51,149 nucleotides of DNA from Thraustochytrium aureum. Taxonomy: Eukaryota. Where the stretch lies: contig BLSG01000319.1 of NCBI GenBank assembly GCA_012862495.1, positions 20,159-71,307 on the forward strand, given 5' to 3'. A model generated the notes under the pieces. That model had not been told where the DNA came from and ran no database searches. It saw only the letters and a list, made by a program, of their open reading frames with translations. The translations under genes were made by a program, and so were the position numbers. Each line of letters starts with the position of its first letter. The stretch's first letter is position 1. This document shows positions 35,134-44,301 of the stretch, piece by piece.

Positions 35134-36672
35134 CTACCCAGGCCCCGGTGGCGCTGGCGGACCAGCCGAAGCGGACTCGGCGCCGCTGTCCACGAGAACA
35201 GCGGGCTCGGATACTGGACCGAGCAACTCCCACAGCTGCAGCCGCTTTGCGCGCTCGGCGGCAAGCTTGACAGCGCTCGCTTGCTCTGCCTTGGATACAT
35301 CCTCGAAGAGACCGCGGTCCGTGTCTTGGAAAGACTTTAGCACGTTTTGCGAGAGGCTCTGCACGGTCGGGTTCCAGTGGCCGTCCGCGTTGGCCTTGAG
35401 AGCCGCGTAGATGAGCGGCAGGATCTGCGAGCGGTTCTGCGTGATGAGCGTGAACACGTACTCGTTGTTCCAGAGGAGCAGCGTGCGCTCCGCCACCTGA
35501 AAGTGCTTGGACCGCAAGCAGGAAGCGAGCTTGCGGAAGAGCGGCACGGTAACAGCGCGAAACTCGACACCCTGCGTCAGCTCGAGCACCTCCTCAAGCT
35601 CGTGCAGAAACTGGACCTGCTTGGGCGAGTTGATCTGGGGCCAATACCTGAGGAGGCCGAGGATGACGGGCGTGGCCTGCTGGTTGTCCTTTTCGACAAA
35701 CTGGCAGATGCAGTACTCTAGCTGCTGCTGGAAGGCGCCCAGAAAGCGAACCTTGTGGAGGGGTATGAGGCCGTTGTTGAGGAAGCGCTTGTGCTCGGCC
35801 TTGAGCGGGAGCGCAAAGCCGTTGATGATCGAGCCCAGGATCTCGAGCAGCTCGGCGACCCCGTTGTGGCGGTCGTGCAGGTAGATGCAGCTCAGGAACA
35901 CGTTCGAGATCGACTTGCGGATGAAGGCGCGCGTCGCCATGAGCTTGCCGTACATGCGGTGCAAGATCGTCTTGAGGTAGTCGCGCTCCCGCGGGTCCTC
36001 CGAGTCGAACAGCTCGAGCAGGCTGAGGATAAAGCTATGGTTGAGGTACTTTTTTGCCACCTTGGGCTCCACGTCGCTTGACACAATGAATCGCAGCAAA
36101 AACTCGTACACGATCTGCAGGTGTGGCCACGAGCTCTCCAACACGGGCTCGTCCTCGTCCCCGTCGCCGAGCAAGTCGCTCCGCGGCGGGAGGGCACGGA
36201 AAATATTGGCCGCCACCATGGCCACAATATCTGGAAACTCGCTCTCGTGCAGCCGCGTGCTCGGCATGTTCAAGTAGTCGACCAGGCCCAGCAGGAGCAG
36301 TCTCTTGGCCTCCTTTTCCTTGAGGTCGTCTGTCGCGCTGAAATCGAACCGCTTGTGGCATAGCTGCAGGTGCTTGCGGAACAGCCGAGGCTGCTCTGCG
36401 GAGCTCACTTCCTTGAGCGTCGGCACTGCGAGGAGGGTCGCCTTGGCAAACTTGTCCACGCTCCCTGCGGCGGCGGGCCCGCCGCTGCCGCTGTTGGCCG
36501 CGCCACCGGCATGGTTGCTGCTCGTGGCCCCACTTGCGCTTGCGTGGGCGTTGTGGCCCGCGCCGGCGCTGCTGGAGCTGTTGGAGCTGCTAAATAGGTT
36601 GCTGCTCGCGTTGGCCCCGTTGTTTCCGCTCGCGCTGCCGCTCGCGTTGGTGGGGTTGCTCGCTCCTCCTGC
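35134..36672 (-). CDS. Protein phosphatase 2A regulatory subunit B' (B56); N-terminus in gap
   Basis: EPVLESSWPHLQIVYEFLLRF, LFDSEDPRERDYLKTILHRMYGK, HNGVAELLEILGSIINGFALPLK, HFQVAERTL, HWN. Confidence 0.97.
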   Translation of the reverse strand, partial: AGGASNPTNASGSASGNNGANASSNLFSSSNSSSSAGAGHNAHASASGATSSNHAGGAANSGSGGPAAAGSVDKFAKATLLAVPTLKEVSSAEQPRLFRKHLQLCHKRFDFSATDDLKEKEAKRLLLLGLVDYLNMPSTRLHESEFPDIVAMVAANIFRALPPRSDLLGDGDEDEPVLESSWPHLQIVYEFLLRFIVSSDVEPKVAKKYLNHSFILSLLELFDSEDPRERDYLKTILHRMYGKLMATRAFIRKSISNVFLSCIYLHDRHNGVAELLEILGSIINGFALPLKAEHKRFLNNGLIPLHKVRFLGAFQQQLEYCICQFVEKDNQQATPVILGLLRYWPQINSPKQVQFLHELEEVLELTQGVEFRAVTVPLFRKLASCLRSKHFQVAERTLLLWNNEYVFTLITQNRSQILPLIYAALKANADGHWNPTVQSLSQNVLKSFQDTDRGLFEDVSKAEQASAVKLAAERAKRLQLWELLGPVSEPAVLVDSGAESASAGPPAPPGPG

Positions 36673-37273
36673 NNNNNNNNNNNNNNNNNNNNNNNNNNNN
36701 NNNNNNNNNNNNNNNNNNNNNNNNNNNNNNNNNNNNNNNNNNNNNNNNNNNNNNNNNNNNNNNNNNNNNNNNNNNNNNNNNNNNNNNNNNNNNNNNNNNN
36801 NNNNNNNNNNNNNNNNNNNNNNNNNNNNNNNNNNNNNNNNNNNNNNNNNNNNNNNNNNNNNNNNNNNNNNNNNNNNNNNNNNNNNNNNNNNNNNNNNNNN
36901 NNNNNNNNNNNNNNNNNNNNNNNNNNNNNNNNNNNNNNNNNNNNNNNNNNNNNNNNNNNNNNNNNNNNNNNNNNNNNNNNNNNNNNNNNNNNNNNNNNNN
37001 NNNNNCAAGTCTACTCTACTCTGAGAGTACCCAGGCCAATCCTGCCGGCGCCACAGCCCCTCCAAAGACCCTCTCGCGCCCATCGAACGAACAACCCACA
37101 GAACATCATCCCACCAGCGCAGCCGTCCAAGCGCAGCCGTCCAAGCGCAGCACGCACGCAGGCAGGCAGGCTCGCAAGTAGGCAGACACGCACGTACGTA
37201 GACAGACACGCACGCAGGCAGGCACGCAGCGCAGGAAGGCAGGCAGGCAGCGCGGGAAGGCAGGCAGGCAGCG

Positions 37274-37348
37274 CGAGTCCAGCACGCCCGAGTCCCGCAC
37301 GCCCGAGTCCTGCACGCCCGAGTCCTGCACGCCCGAGTCCTGCACGCC
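37274..37348. repeat. 15-nt minisatellite (CGAGTCCTGCACGCC) x5 within an SSR-rich divergent intergenic region
   Basis: Five contiguous units differing only at position 8; (GCAG)n, (GATT)n and (CTAGCT)n runs lie nearby. Confidence 0.92.
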
Positions 37349-37854
37349 CAGGCAGGCAACTACAGCAAGCGCACTGGTGATAAAGGCACGGCGACGGACG
37401 CGGCGAGTTCAACGCCCTGCGCAGGAAGATTGATTGATAGCTTGATTGATAGCTTCGCAAACCTGGCTCGCGGGCGCCCGACGCAGGCAGGCTGGCTCAT
37501 AGCCTCGCAGGCAGACTCCAAAGACCTGGCAGGCTAGCTCTAGCTCTAGCTCTCTAGAGAGAGAGCCCGACACACGAGGATAGATAGACACCAAAACCTG
37601 GCAGGCAGACACCAAACCAGGCGGCACGCAGGCAGATTGATAGACTCCCAAACGTGGCGCGCAGACGAGCTGCCAGTGCGCAGTCGGGCGATTAGACAGC
37701 TAGCTGGCACCGGCGGATGGGATAGCGCGCGGTCCTGGTGGCCGAGGACCTCGAAGCTTTGCGGCTCTGTTATTCAACCACGCGGGACGCCCACCGAGAG
37801 TTGGATTGAGGCGTCGGGGTGCACAACTCGGCGGATAGCAAGAGCGGACGCGCC

Positions 37855-38775
37855 ATGGATGTTGGGCGGGCTGACAGGCCGACGGTGCTCGAGTGCACCG
37901 TGCTAGTGAGCGATGAGGCCACTGTGCAGAGGCTGTTTGCACACAGGCTGTTGTCGGCAGCATACGGCAAGCAGCCCGTACTGGCCAACTCAAGGAAGCG
38001 GGCGGTGCACAAGCTGAGGAGGAAGCGGCCGCGGCTCGAGCTCGTTGCAACACAAGCGGACGCCGCGGAGCCCGCCGACTACAGGGAGGCACTGCGGACG
38101 CGGATTGCGAGCGAGCAGGTCACCGATAGGAACGCCGACGTCGAGACGTTCGAGGCAGCAGTCTGCTTGCCGCTGCGGCTCTTGCCTGAGGAGGCGCGCA
38201 CGGCGCTTGAGGAGGGGCTCATTCGTCTACGCGCCAAGCCGGGAAACCTCTGGATCGCCGAGCAGGTCGAGGACCCTGCACAAGCCTCCGAGGATGGCTG
38301 GAGCTTTCCCCAGACTCGTACGGAGGAGTTGTCGCTTCGCGTGTTCATCGACTGCTGGCGGCGTGGGTGGATCATGACCAAGGGGACCAACTTTGGGTGC
38401 GAGTTTCTCCTCTACACGAGCGACCCAGGCACGACGCACTCGACGTTTATGATCTGCGTCACCGACGAGGAGGCCGAGCACGACCAGGCGCACCCGACCA
38501 AGTGGTCAGGCATCGCCGCACTCGCGACCAAGGTGCGCAAGACGGCCCTTCTCGCCAGCGTGGACGAGGGCGCCGCCGTGCGCTTTACCTTGCTGGAAGG
38601 TTGCTTGTTCCGACGCTCCGACTTTCTGCGCGGCAAGGCGCAAGAGGAGCAAGCTCTCAAGGAGGAGCGCGAGCTAGAGGCGCTTCGCCACCGTCGCGAG
38701 AACCCCTTGCTCTACGTAGGCCAGGCCACCGGCGAAGACGACGCGCCTGGCGAGTCTGCCACTGTACTTGTGTAA
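37855..38775 (+). CDS. SEN34: tRNA splicing endonuclease catalytic subunit, Sen34-like
   Basis: LPLRLLPEEA (Sen34 N-terminal motif), VFIDCWRRGWIMTKGTNFGCEFLLYTSDPGTTHS (catalytic Tyr/His), KVRKTALL (Lys). Confidence 0.82.
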   Translation: MDVGRADRPTVLECTVLVSDEATVQRLFAHRLLSAAYGKQPVLANSRKRAVHKLRRKRPRLELVATQADAAEPADYREALRTRIASEQVTDRNADVETFEAAVCLPLRLLPEEARTALEEGLIRLRAKPGNLWIAEQVEDPAQASEDGWSFPQTRTEELSLRVFIDCWRRGWIMTKGTNFGCEFLLYTSDPGTTHSTFMICVTDEEAEHDQAHPTKWSGIAALATKVRKTALLASVDEGAAVRFTLLEGCLFRRSDFLRGKAQEEQALKEERELEALRHRRENPLLYVGQATGEDDAPGESATVLV

Positions 38776-40206
38776 TGAGAAGCCGGTTTGCTGCGCGTTT
38801 TCTTCCGCCTTTGTGAGCTCAGCGGTGGTCTGGCCGTGGCAAGCCGAACTCGGTTAGGGGAAAGCGAGCGGCGCCTTCCTGTTGTCAATCGCTGTGGCCA
38901 GCCGGGCGGCCATGAGCGCCGGGTTGTTGTGGTGGTTGCTGTTCTGAACGCGCCTGCGACAGCACTCCGGTTCTAGAAATGTGGGCAAACAGAACGGAGT
39001 CGTTGGCCAGCGTTTTCCCCAACCGCCCGACGCCACAGCTCCATCAGACCAGCAACTACTCAACCAACGACCACCTGCATACTCTACCTTACATTNNNNN
39101 NNNNNNNNNNNNNNNNNNNNNNNNNNNNNNNNNNNNNNNNNNNNNNNNNNNNNNNNNNNNNNNNNNNNNNNNNNNNNNNNNNNNNNNNNNNNNNNNNNNN
39201 NNNNNNNNNNNNNNNNNNNNNNNNNNNNNNNNNNNNNNNNNNNNNNNNNNNNNNNNNNNNNNNNNNNNNNNNNNNNNNNNNNNNNNNNNNNNNNNNNNNN
39301 NNNNNNNNNNNNNNNNNNNNNNNNNNNNNNNNNNNNNNNNNNNNNNNNNNNNNNNNNNNNNNNNNNNNNNNNNNNNNNNNNNNNNNNNNNNNNNNNNNNN
39401 NNNNNNNNNNNNNNNNNNNNNNNNNNNNNNNNNNNNNNNNNNNNNNNNNNNNNNNNNNNNNNNNNNNNNNNNNNNNNNNNNNNNNNNNNNNNNNNNNNNN
39501 NNNNNNNNNNNNNNNNNNNNNNNNNNNNNNNNNNNNNNNNNNNNNNNNNNNNNNNNNNNNNNNNNNNNNNNNNNNNNNNNNNNNNNNNNNNNNNNNNNNN
39601 NNNNNNNNNNNNNNNNNNNNNNNNNNNNNNNNNNNNNNNNNNNNNNNNNNNNNNNNNNNNNNNNNNNNNNNNNNNNNNNNNNNNNNNNNNNNNNNNNNNN
39701 NNNNNNNNNNNNNNNNNNNNNNNNNNNNNNNNNNNNNNNNNNNNNNNNNNNNNNNNNNNNNNNNNNNNNNNNNNNNNNNNNNNNNNNNNNNNNNNNNNNN
39801 NNNNNNNNNNNNNNNNNNNNNNNNNNNNNNNNNNNNNNNNNNNNNNNNNNNNNNNNNNNNNNNNNNNNNNNNNNNNNNNNNNNNNNNNNNNNNNNNNNNN
39901 NNNNNNNNNNNNNNNNNNNNNNNNNNNNNNNNNNNNNNNNNNNNNNNNNNNNNNNNNNNNNNNNNNNNNNNNNNNNNNNNNNNNNNNNNNNNNNNNNNNN
40001 NNNNNNNNNNNNNNNNNNNNNNNNNNNNNNNNNNNNNNNNNNNNNNNNNNNNNNNNNNNNNNNNNNNNNNNNNNNNNNNNNTCAACCGCTTGCGCTCTTT
40101 GATTCGCCAAAAACGTTCGCCCTGCGTCCCTCCCCTCGCCGACAAGACCACAACCATCGCCGCTGTCGCCGTGCAGCGTCCACGCTCGCGCCCGCCGGCC
40201 CTCGGG

Positions 40207-42840
40207 ATGCCGTGGCAGGACGCGCTCGCAGCAGCTCCGCGAGACCTGCTGGCGCTGCTGGACGCGTGGACCCTGGTTGCCCTCGTGGCGGGCTTTCTGG
40301 TCGTGCAGGCCCTGAAAGCCGCCGGTCGTCGTTGGCATCGCCGGGCCGGAGCCACCGCGAGGAAGCGCGCCAGGAAGTGGGCCGGCGTCAGCTACTCGCT
40401 CGGACTGGCAAGCGCCTGGCCCTGCTCGTTCTGCACGTTCGAAAACGTGGCCTGCGTCGCGCGCTGCGTTGTATGCCAAAACCCGCGCTCGCCGATATGG
40501 GATGCGCCAGCATGCGCTGCGCTCCAGGGGCCTGACGCCGACGCCGTCGACAGCTACAAGGTCCCCGCGGCAATCATGGGGCCGCGAGGCGACCAAACCA
40601 AGCTCGTGGCCGCCGCAGGGCTCTGCTCGCATGACTGCAAAAGCGCATGGTCGCTCCTGCAGCGCGCGCGCGCGGCGTGGATGCGGTCGTGCGTGCCCCG
40701 CGAGCTCGACCGACGCCGCGTTCAACAGGACTCGCCCGAAGCTGCCGCCGTCGGCGTGGAGCGCTTCCTGGCTGCCCTGCAGAGGGCGCTGGACGCGACT
40801 GGCAGCGTTGTCCTTGCCGAGCTCGGCATCTTGCGCAGCCGCATCCTGGTCAAGCGCGAGCGCTTCGCCGAGGCGCAGCGCAAGGTCATAGCCCACGGCG
40901 CGCCAGAGGACGCCGCGCTACGCGACAAGGCCAGCGCCGACCTCTTCCTGTCGCTAAAGTTCTTGGAAGAGCGCGTGGGCAAGGGCAGCGCCGCTGGCGC
41001 CGGCCCTGTCGTGGAGGCGCTCAGCAAGGTCGAGGAGGCACTGCAGCCGCTCGGCGTGCTGCTTTGCCAGCTTGGCGGCCTCCAGGCAGGAAAGCCCGCC
41101 GTTGCCGAGCCGCCCAGCGCAGCGCGAGACATCGCCGCACTTGTGAGCAAGTGGCGCTTGGCTGGGGCGGAGCCGGCCTCCTTCCCTGCAGGCGCGCTTT
41201 TCGCAGGCTTGTGCGCCACTGCAGACAACTTGCGCACGTCCAAGGCCGAGCTAGAGACCCTCGTGCGCTTCACCAAGGGCGTCGCCCGCGAGCTAACAGT
41301 ATCGCGCGACGGCAAGCGCCCCGAGGACACGGCGGAACTAGAGGAGCTCCTGCGCGAGCGAGCCGATATGAGCGCTTCGCTCGCCGCGGCGCGCGAGGCT
41401 GTCGAAGCCGCCAAAGCCGCTGCTCGCGAGGCCCCCGCCGACGAGGACCCAGCGCTCGTGCGGCAGTCGAGCGCGCANNNNNNNNNNNNNNNNNNNNNNN
41501 NNNNNNNNNNNNNNNNNNNNNNNNNNNNNNNNNNNNNNNNNNNNNNNNNNNNNNNNNNNNNNNNNNNNNNNNNNNNNNNNNNNNNNNNNNNNNNNNNNNN
41601 NNNNNNNNNNNNNNNNNNNNNNNNNNNNNNNNNNNNNNNNNNNNNNNNNNNNNNNNNNNNNNNNNNNNNNNNNNNNNNNNNNNNNNNNNNNNNNNNNNNN
41701 NNNNNNNNNNNNNNNNNNNNNNNNNNNNNNNNNNNNNNNNNNNNNNNNNNNNNNNNNNNNNNNNNNNNNNNNNNNNNNNNNNNNNNNNNNNNNNNNNNNN
41801 NNNNNNNNNNNNNNNNNNNNNNNNNNNNNNNNNNNNNNNNNNNNNNNNNNNNNNNNNNNNNNNNNNNNNNNNNNNNNNNNNNNNNNNNNNNNNNNNNNNN
41901 NNNNNNNNNNNNNNNNNNNNNNNNNNNNNNNNNNNNNNNNNNNNNNNNNNNNNNNNNNNNNNNNNNNNNNNNNNNNNNNNNNNNNNNNNNNNNNNNNNNN
42001 NNNNNNNNNNNNNNNNNNNNNNNNNNNNNNNNNNNNNNNNNNNNNNNNNNNNNNNNNNNNNNNNNNNNNNNNNNNNNNNNNNNNNNNNNNNNNNNNNNNN
42101 NNNNNNNNNNNNNNNNNNNNNNNNNNNNNNNNNNNNNNNNNNNNNNNNNNNNNNNNNNNNNNNNNNNNNNNNNNNNNNNNNNNNNNNNNNNNNNNNNNNN
42201 NNNNNNNNNNNNNNNNNNNNNNNNNNNNNNNNNNNNNNNNNNNNNNNNNNNNNNNNNNNNNNNNNNNNNNNNNNNNNNNNNNNNNNNNNNNNNNNNNNNN
42301 NNNNNNNNNNNNNNNNNNNNNNNNNNNNNNNNNNNNNNNNNNNNNNNNNNNNNNNNNNNNNNNNNNNNNNNNNNNNNNNNNNNNNNNNGCGCTGCTTTGC
42401 TCGAAAGGTTCAGGGCCGAGGGCGCCCACACGGCGGCCCGCGAACACGTTCGAGCGGTTGTCGAGGGCATCCTCACGCTCACGTGCCCAAACGGCCACGC
42501 CTTCCTGGACTTTAACGGGTGCTTTGCGCTCGAATGTGGCGCCTGCCAGGTCAAATTCTGCGGCTACTGTCTGCGCGACTGCGGCGCAGACGCCCACGCC
42601 CACGTTCGCGCCTGCCCGCACAACCTCGTTGGCGGCAACCTTTTTGCGCCTTTCGAGTATTTCGTCCGCGCGCAGCGCAGCCGGCGCCGCGCTGCGCTTG
42701 ACGCGTATGGGCTGCGCGAGCTAGCCGGGGACGCCGACCTCCGGGACGCCGTCGAGGTGCAGCTGAGGCCTTTCTTGGGGGACCTTGACCTCGGTAGCTA
42801 TTCGTTCCCGCGAGCGGACCGCGGGGCGCGCCGCATCTGA
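40207..42840 (+). CDS. Putative RBR-type E3 ubiquitin ligase with N-terminal TM helix and RanBP2/NZF zinc finger (join across gap inferred)
   Basis: WTLVALVAGFLVVQAL (TM); WPCSFCTFEN...CVVC (NZF); after gap 41478-42388, TCPNGHAFLDFNGCFALECGACQVKFCGYC...HAHVRAC (RING2-like). Confidence 0.65.
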   Translation: MPWQDALAAAPRDLLALLDAWTLVALVAGFLVVQALKAAGRRWHRRAGATARKRARKWAGVSYSLGLASAWPCSFCTFENVACVARCVVCQNPRSPIWDAPACAALQGPDADAVDSYKVPAAIMGPRGDQTKLVAAAGLCSHDCKSAWSLLQRARAAWMRSCVPRELDRRRVQQDSPEAAAVGVERFLAALQRALDATGSVVLAELGILRSRILVKRERFAEAQRKVIAHGAPEDAALRDKASADLFLSLKFLEERVGKGSAAGAGPVVEALSKVEEALQPLGVLLCQLGGLQAGKPAVAEPPSAARDIAALVSKWRLAGAEPASFPAGALFAGLCATADNLRTSKAELETLVRFTKGVARELTVSRDGKRPEDTAELEELLRERADMSASLAAAREAVEAAKAAAREAPADEDPALVRQSSAXXXXXXXXXXXXXXXXXXXXXXXXXXXXXXXXXXXXXXXXXXXXXXXXXXXXXXXXXXXXXXXXXXXXXXXXXXXXXXXXXXXXXXXXXXXXXXXXXXXXXXXXXXXXXXXXXXXXXXXXXXXXXXXXXXXXXXXXXXXXXXXXXXXXXXXXXXXXXXXXXXXXXXXXXXXXXXXXXXXXXXXXXXXXXXXXXXXXXXXXXXXXXXXXXXXXXXXXXXXXXXXXXXXXXXXXXXXXXXXXXXXXXXXXXXXXXXXXXXXXXXXXXXXXXXXXXXXXXXXXXXXXXXXXXXXXXXXXXXXXXXXXXAALLERFRAEGAHTAAREHVRAVVEGILTLTCPNGHAFLDFNGCFALECGACQVKFCGYCLRDCGADAHAHVRACPHNLVGGNLFAPFEYFVRAQRSRRRAALDAYGLRELAGDADLRDAVEVQLRPFLGDLDLGSYSFPRADRGARRI

Positions 42841-42921
42841 GGGCCACACAGCGGTTGCTTGTAGATTTATACGAGTTTGTTGAACCAAAAGTAGTCTTTT
42901 CTATTGATAGAGCGTCGCGAG

Positions 42922-43782
42922 CTACACTGCGGCCTCGAGCTCTGCAGCCGCCCCTCGGCACGGGATGGTGACAGCGTCAAGCCTAGCCATTTCCGCACGG
43001 GAGAGCGGGGACGGGTCCAAGACGACCGCAAGGTTCTCGCGCATGTAGCGCTCCTTGCTGGTTGTAAAGGTCAAGGCAAAGCCCTTCTGCACCAAGTATT
43101 GCAGCGCAACCTGCGCCGCAGACCTGCCGTGCGCCTCCGCCACGGCGAGCACGTCGGCATTTCCCAAGACGTTGCCTTTCCCGAGCGGCGAGTAGGCTTC
43201 CAGCAAAACGCCCAGCTCAGCGCAAAGCGTAACAAGTTCCGGCGGCGGCATGCAGCCAACGTGCATCTGTATTTGGTTGACCGTCGGAGGGACGCGCGGC
43301 GCAAGCGCGGCCAAAGCCTTGAGCTGCGCCACGTCAAAGTTGGACACGCCGAGCGCGGCCGCGCGCCCTCCCGCGACTTGGGCCTCAAGCACCGTCCACG
43401 TCTCGTTGAGCAGAGTTGTGGACTCGCACGGCTGGTGGATCAAGAGCAGATCGACGCTGCTCATGGCCAACTCGGCGAGGTTGGCGGTTGCCTGCTTCGC
43501 GGCCCCTTCAAGCCCTTCGCACATTACCTTGGTCGTCAGAAACACATCTTTCCTGCCGCTCAAGCGGATTCCCTGCCCGACCTGTTCCTCATCGTGGTAC
43601 ACGAACGCCGTGTCGACGCCCACAGAGCCCTCCAGCGCGAGCCAGAGCGAGGTAAGCGAAGCCACGTCGTCGCGTTTGCTCGTGCTGCTCCCCGTGCCAA
43701 AGCTCATAACTGGCAGCTGCCGCGGCAGCGCAGTCGCCGTCCCCGTCATCGCCGCAACCATCGATATCATCACGATCCTCAT
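42922..43782 (-). CDS. Aldo/keto reductase
   Basis: VDTAFVY, FLTTK, DLLLIHQP (D-Y-K-H tetrad), LGVSNF, VNQI, AYSPLG, SAAQVAL, MREN. Confidence 0.92.
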   Translation of the reverse strand: MRIVMISMVAAMTGTATALPRQLPVMSFGTGSSTSKRDDVASLTSLWLALEGSVGVDTAFVYHDEEQVGQGIRLSGRKDVFLTTKVMCEGLEGAAKQATANLAELAMSSVDLLLIHQPCESTTLLNETWTVLEAQVAGGRAAALGVSNFDVAQLKALAALAPRVPPTVNQIQMHVGCMPPPELVTLCAELGVLLEAYSPLGKGNVLGNADVLAVAEAHGRSAAQVALQYLVQKGFALTFTTSKERYMRENLAVVLDPSPLSRAEMARLDAVTIPCRGAAAELEAAV

Positions 43783-44301
43783 CTCCGCCTTCGTCTTTGT
43801 CGTCGTCTTTTGCCGTGTGCTGTGGGACGCCGTGGGCGCGAGTTGCTCGTCTCGGGTCTGCTGAGGAGCCTGTTGTCGGCCCCTTCAACGCTGCAGCTCA
43901 GGGTCGTTTTTGTACCCGATTTGTGCTAGCGGCCCGCCGCTCCGCCGGCAGCGCTTCCGCTCGAGCGCGGCGCGGTCACGGCTGGGCGGCCGGGGCGCGG
44001 ACTGGGCTTGTCCCGCCCGCTCGAGGGCGCGGTTGCGGTCAAGGCAAGGCGGAACAATGAAGCGCAATGGCCGGCCACCTGTCTCTCGGTGAAGCAGAGA
44101 CCCGTGAGACTGCTGGCTGGCCGGCAGTCGCGCGCGAGAAACTAGCTGGGCGCGGCCCGAAGGCGGCCCCCGCGCAGTTGCGTCTGGCCTCGCGACTATC
44201 CCGGCACGCAAGACCTGCCACACGTCCACCGCCAAAACAACCCCTGTTCCCACGGCTCGGGCTGGCAGCCAGCCAGGTGCTCGAGCACGGCTGGCTGCGG
44301 A

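Noticed and set aside
37274..37348. Possible CRISPR-like array
   Set aside because: Contiguous 15-mers with no unique spacers, no cas genes and a eukaryotic context.
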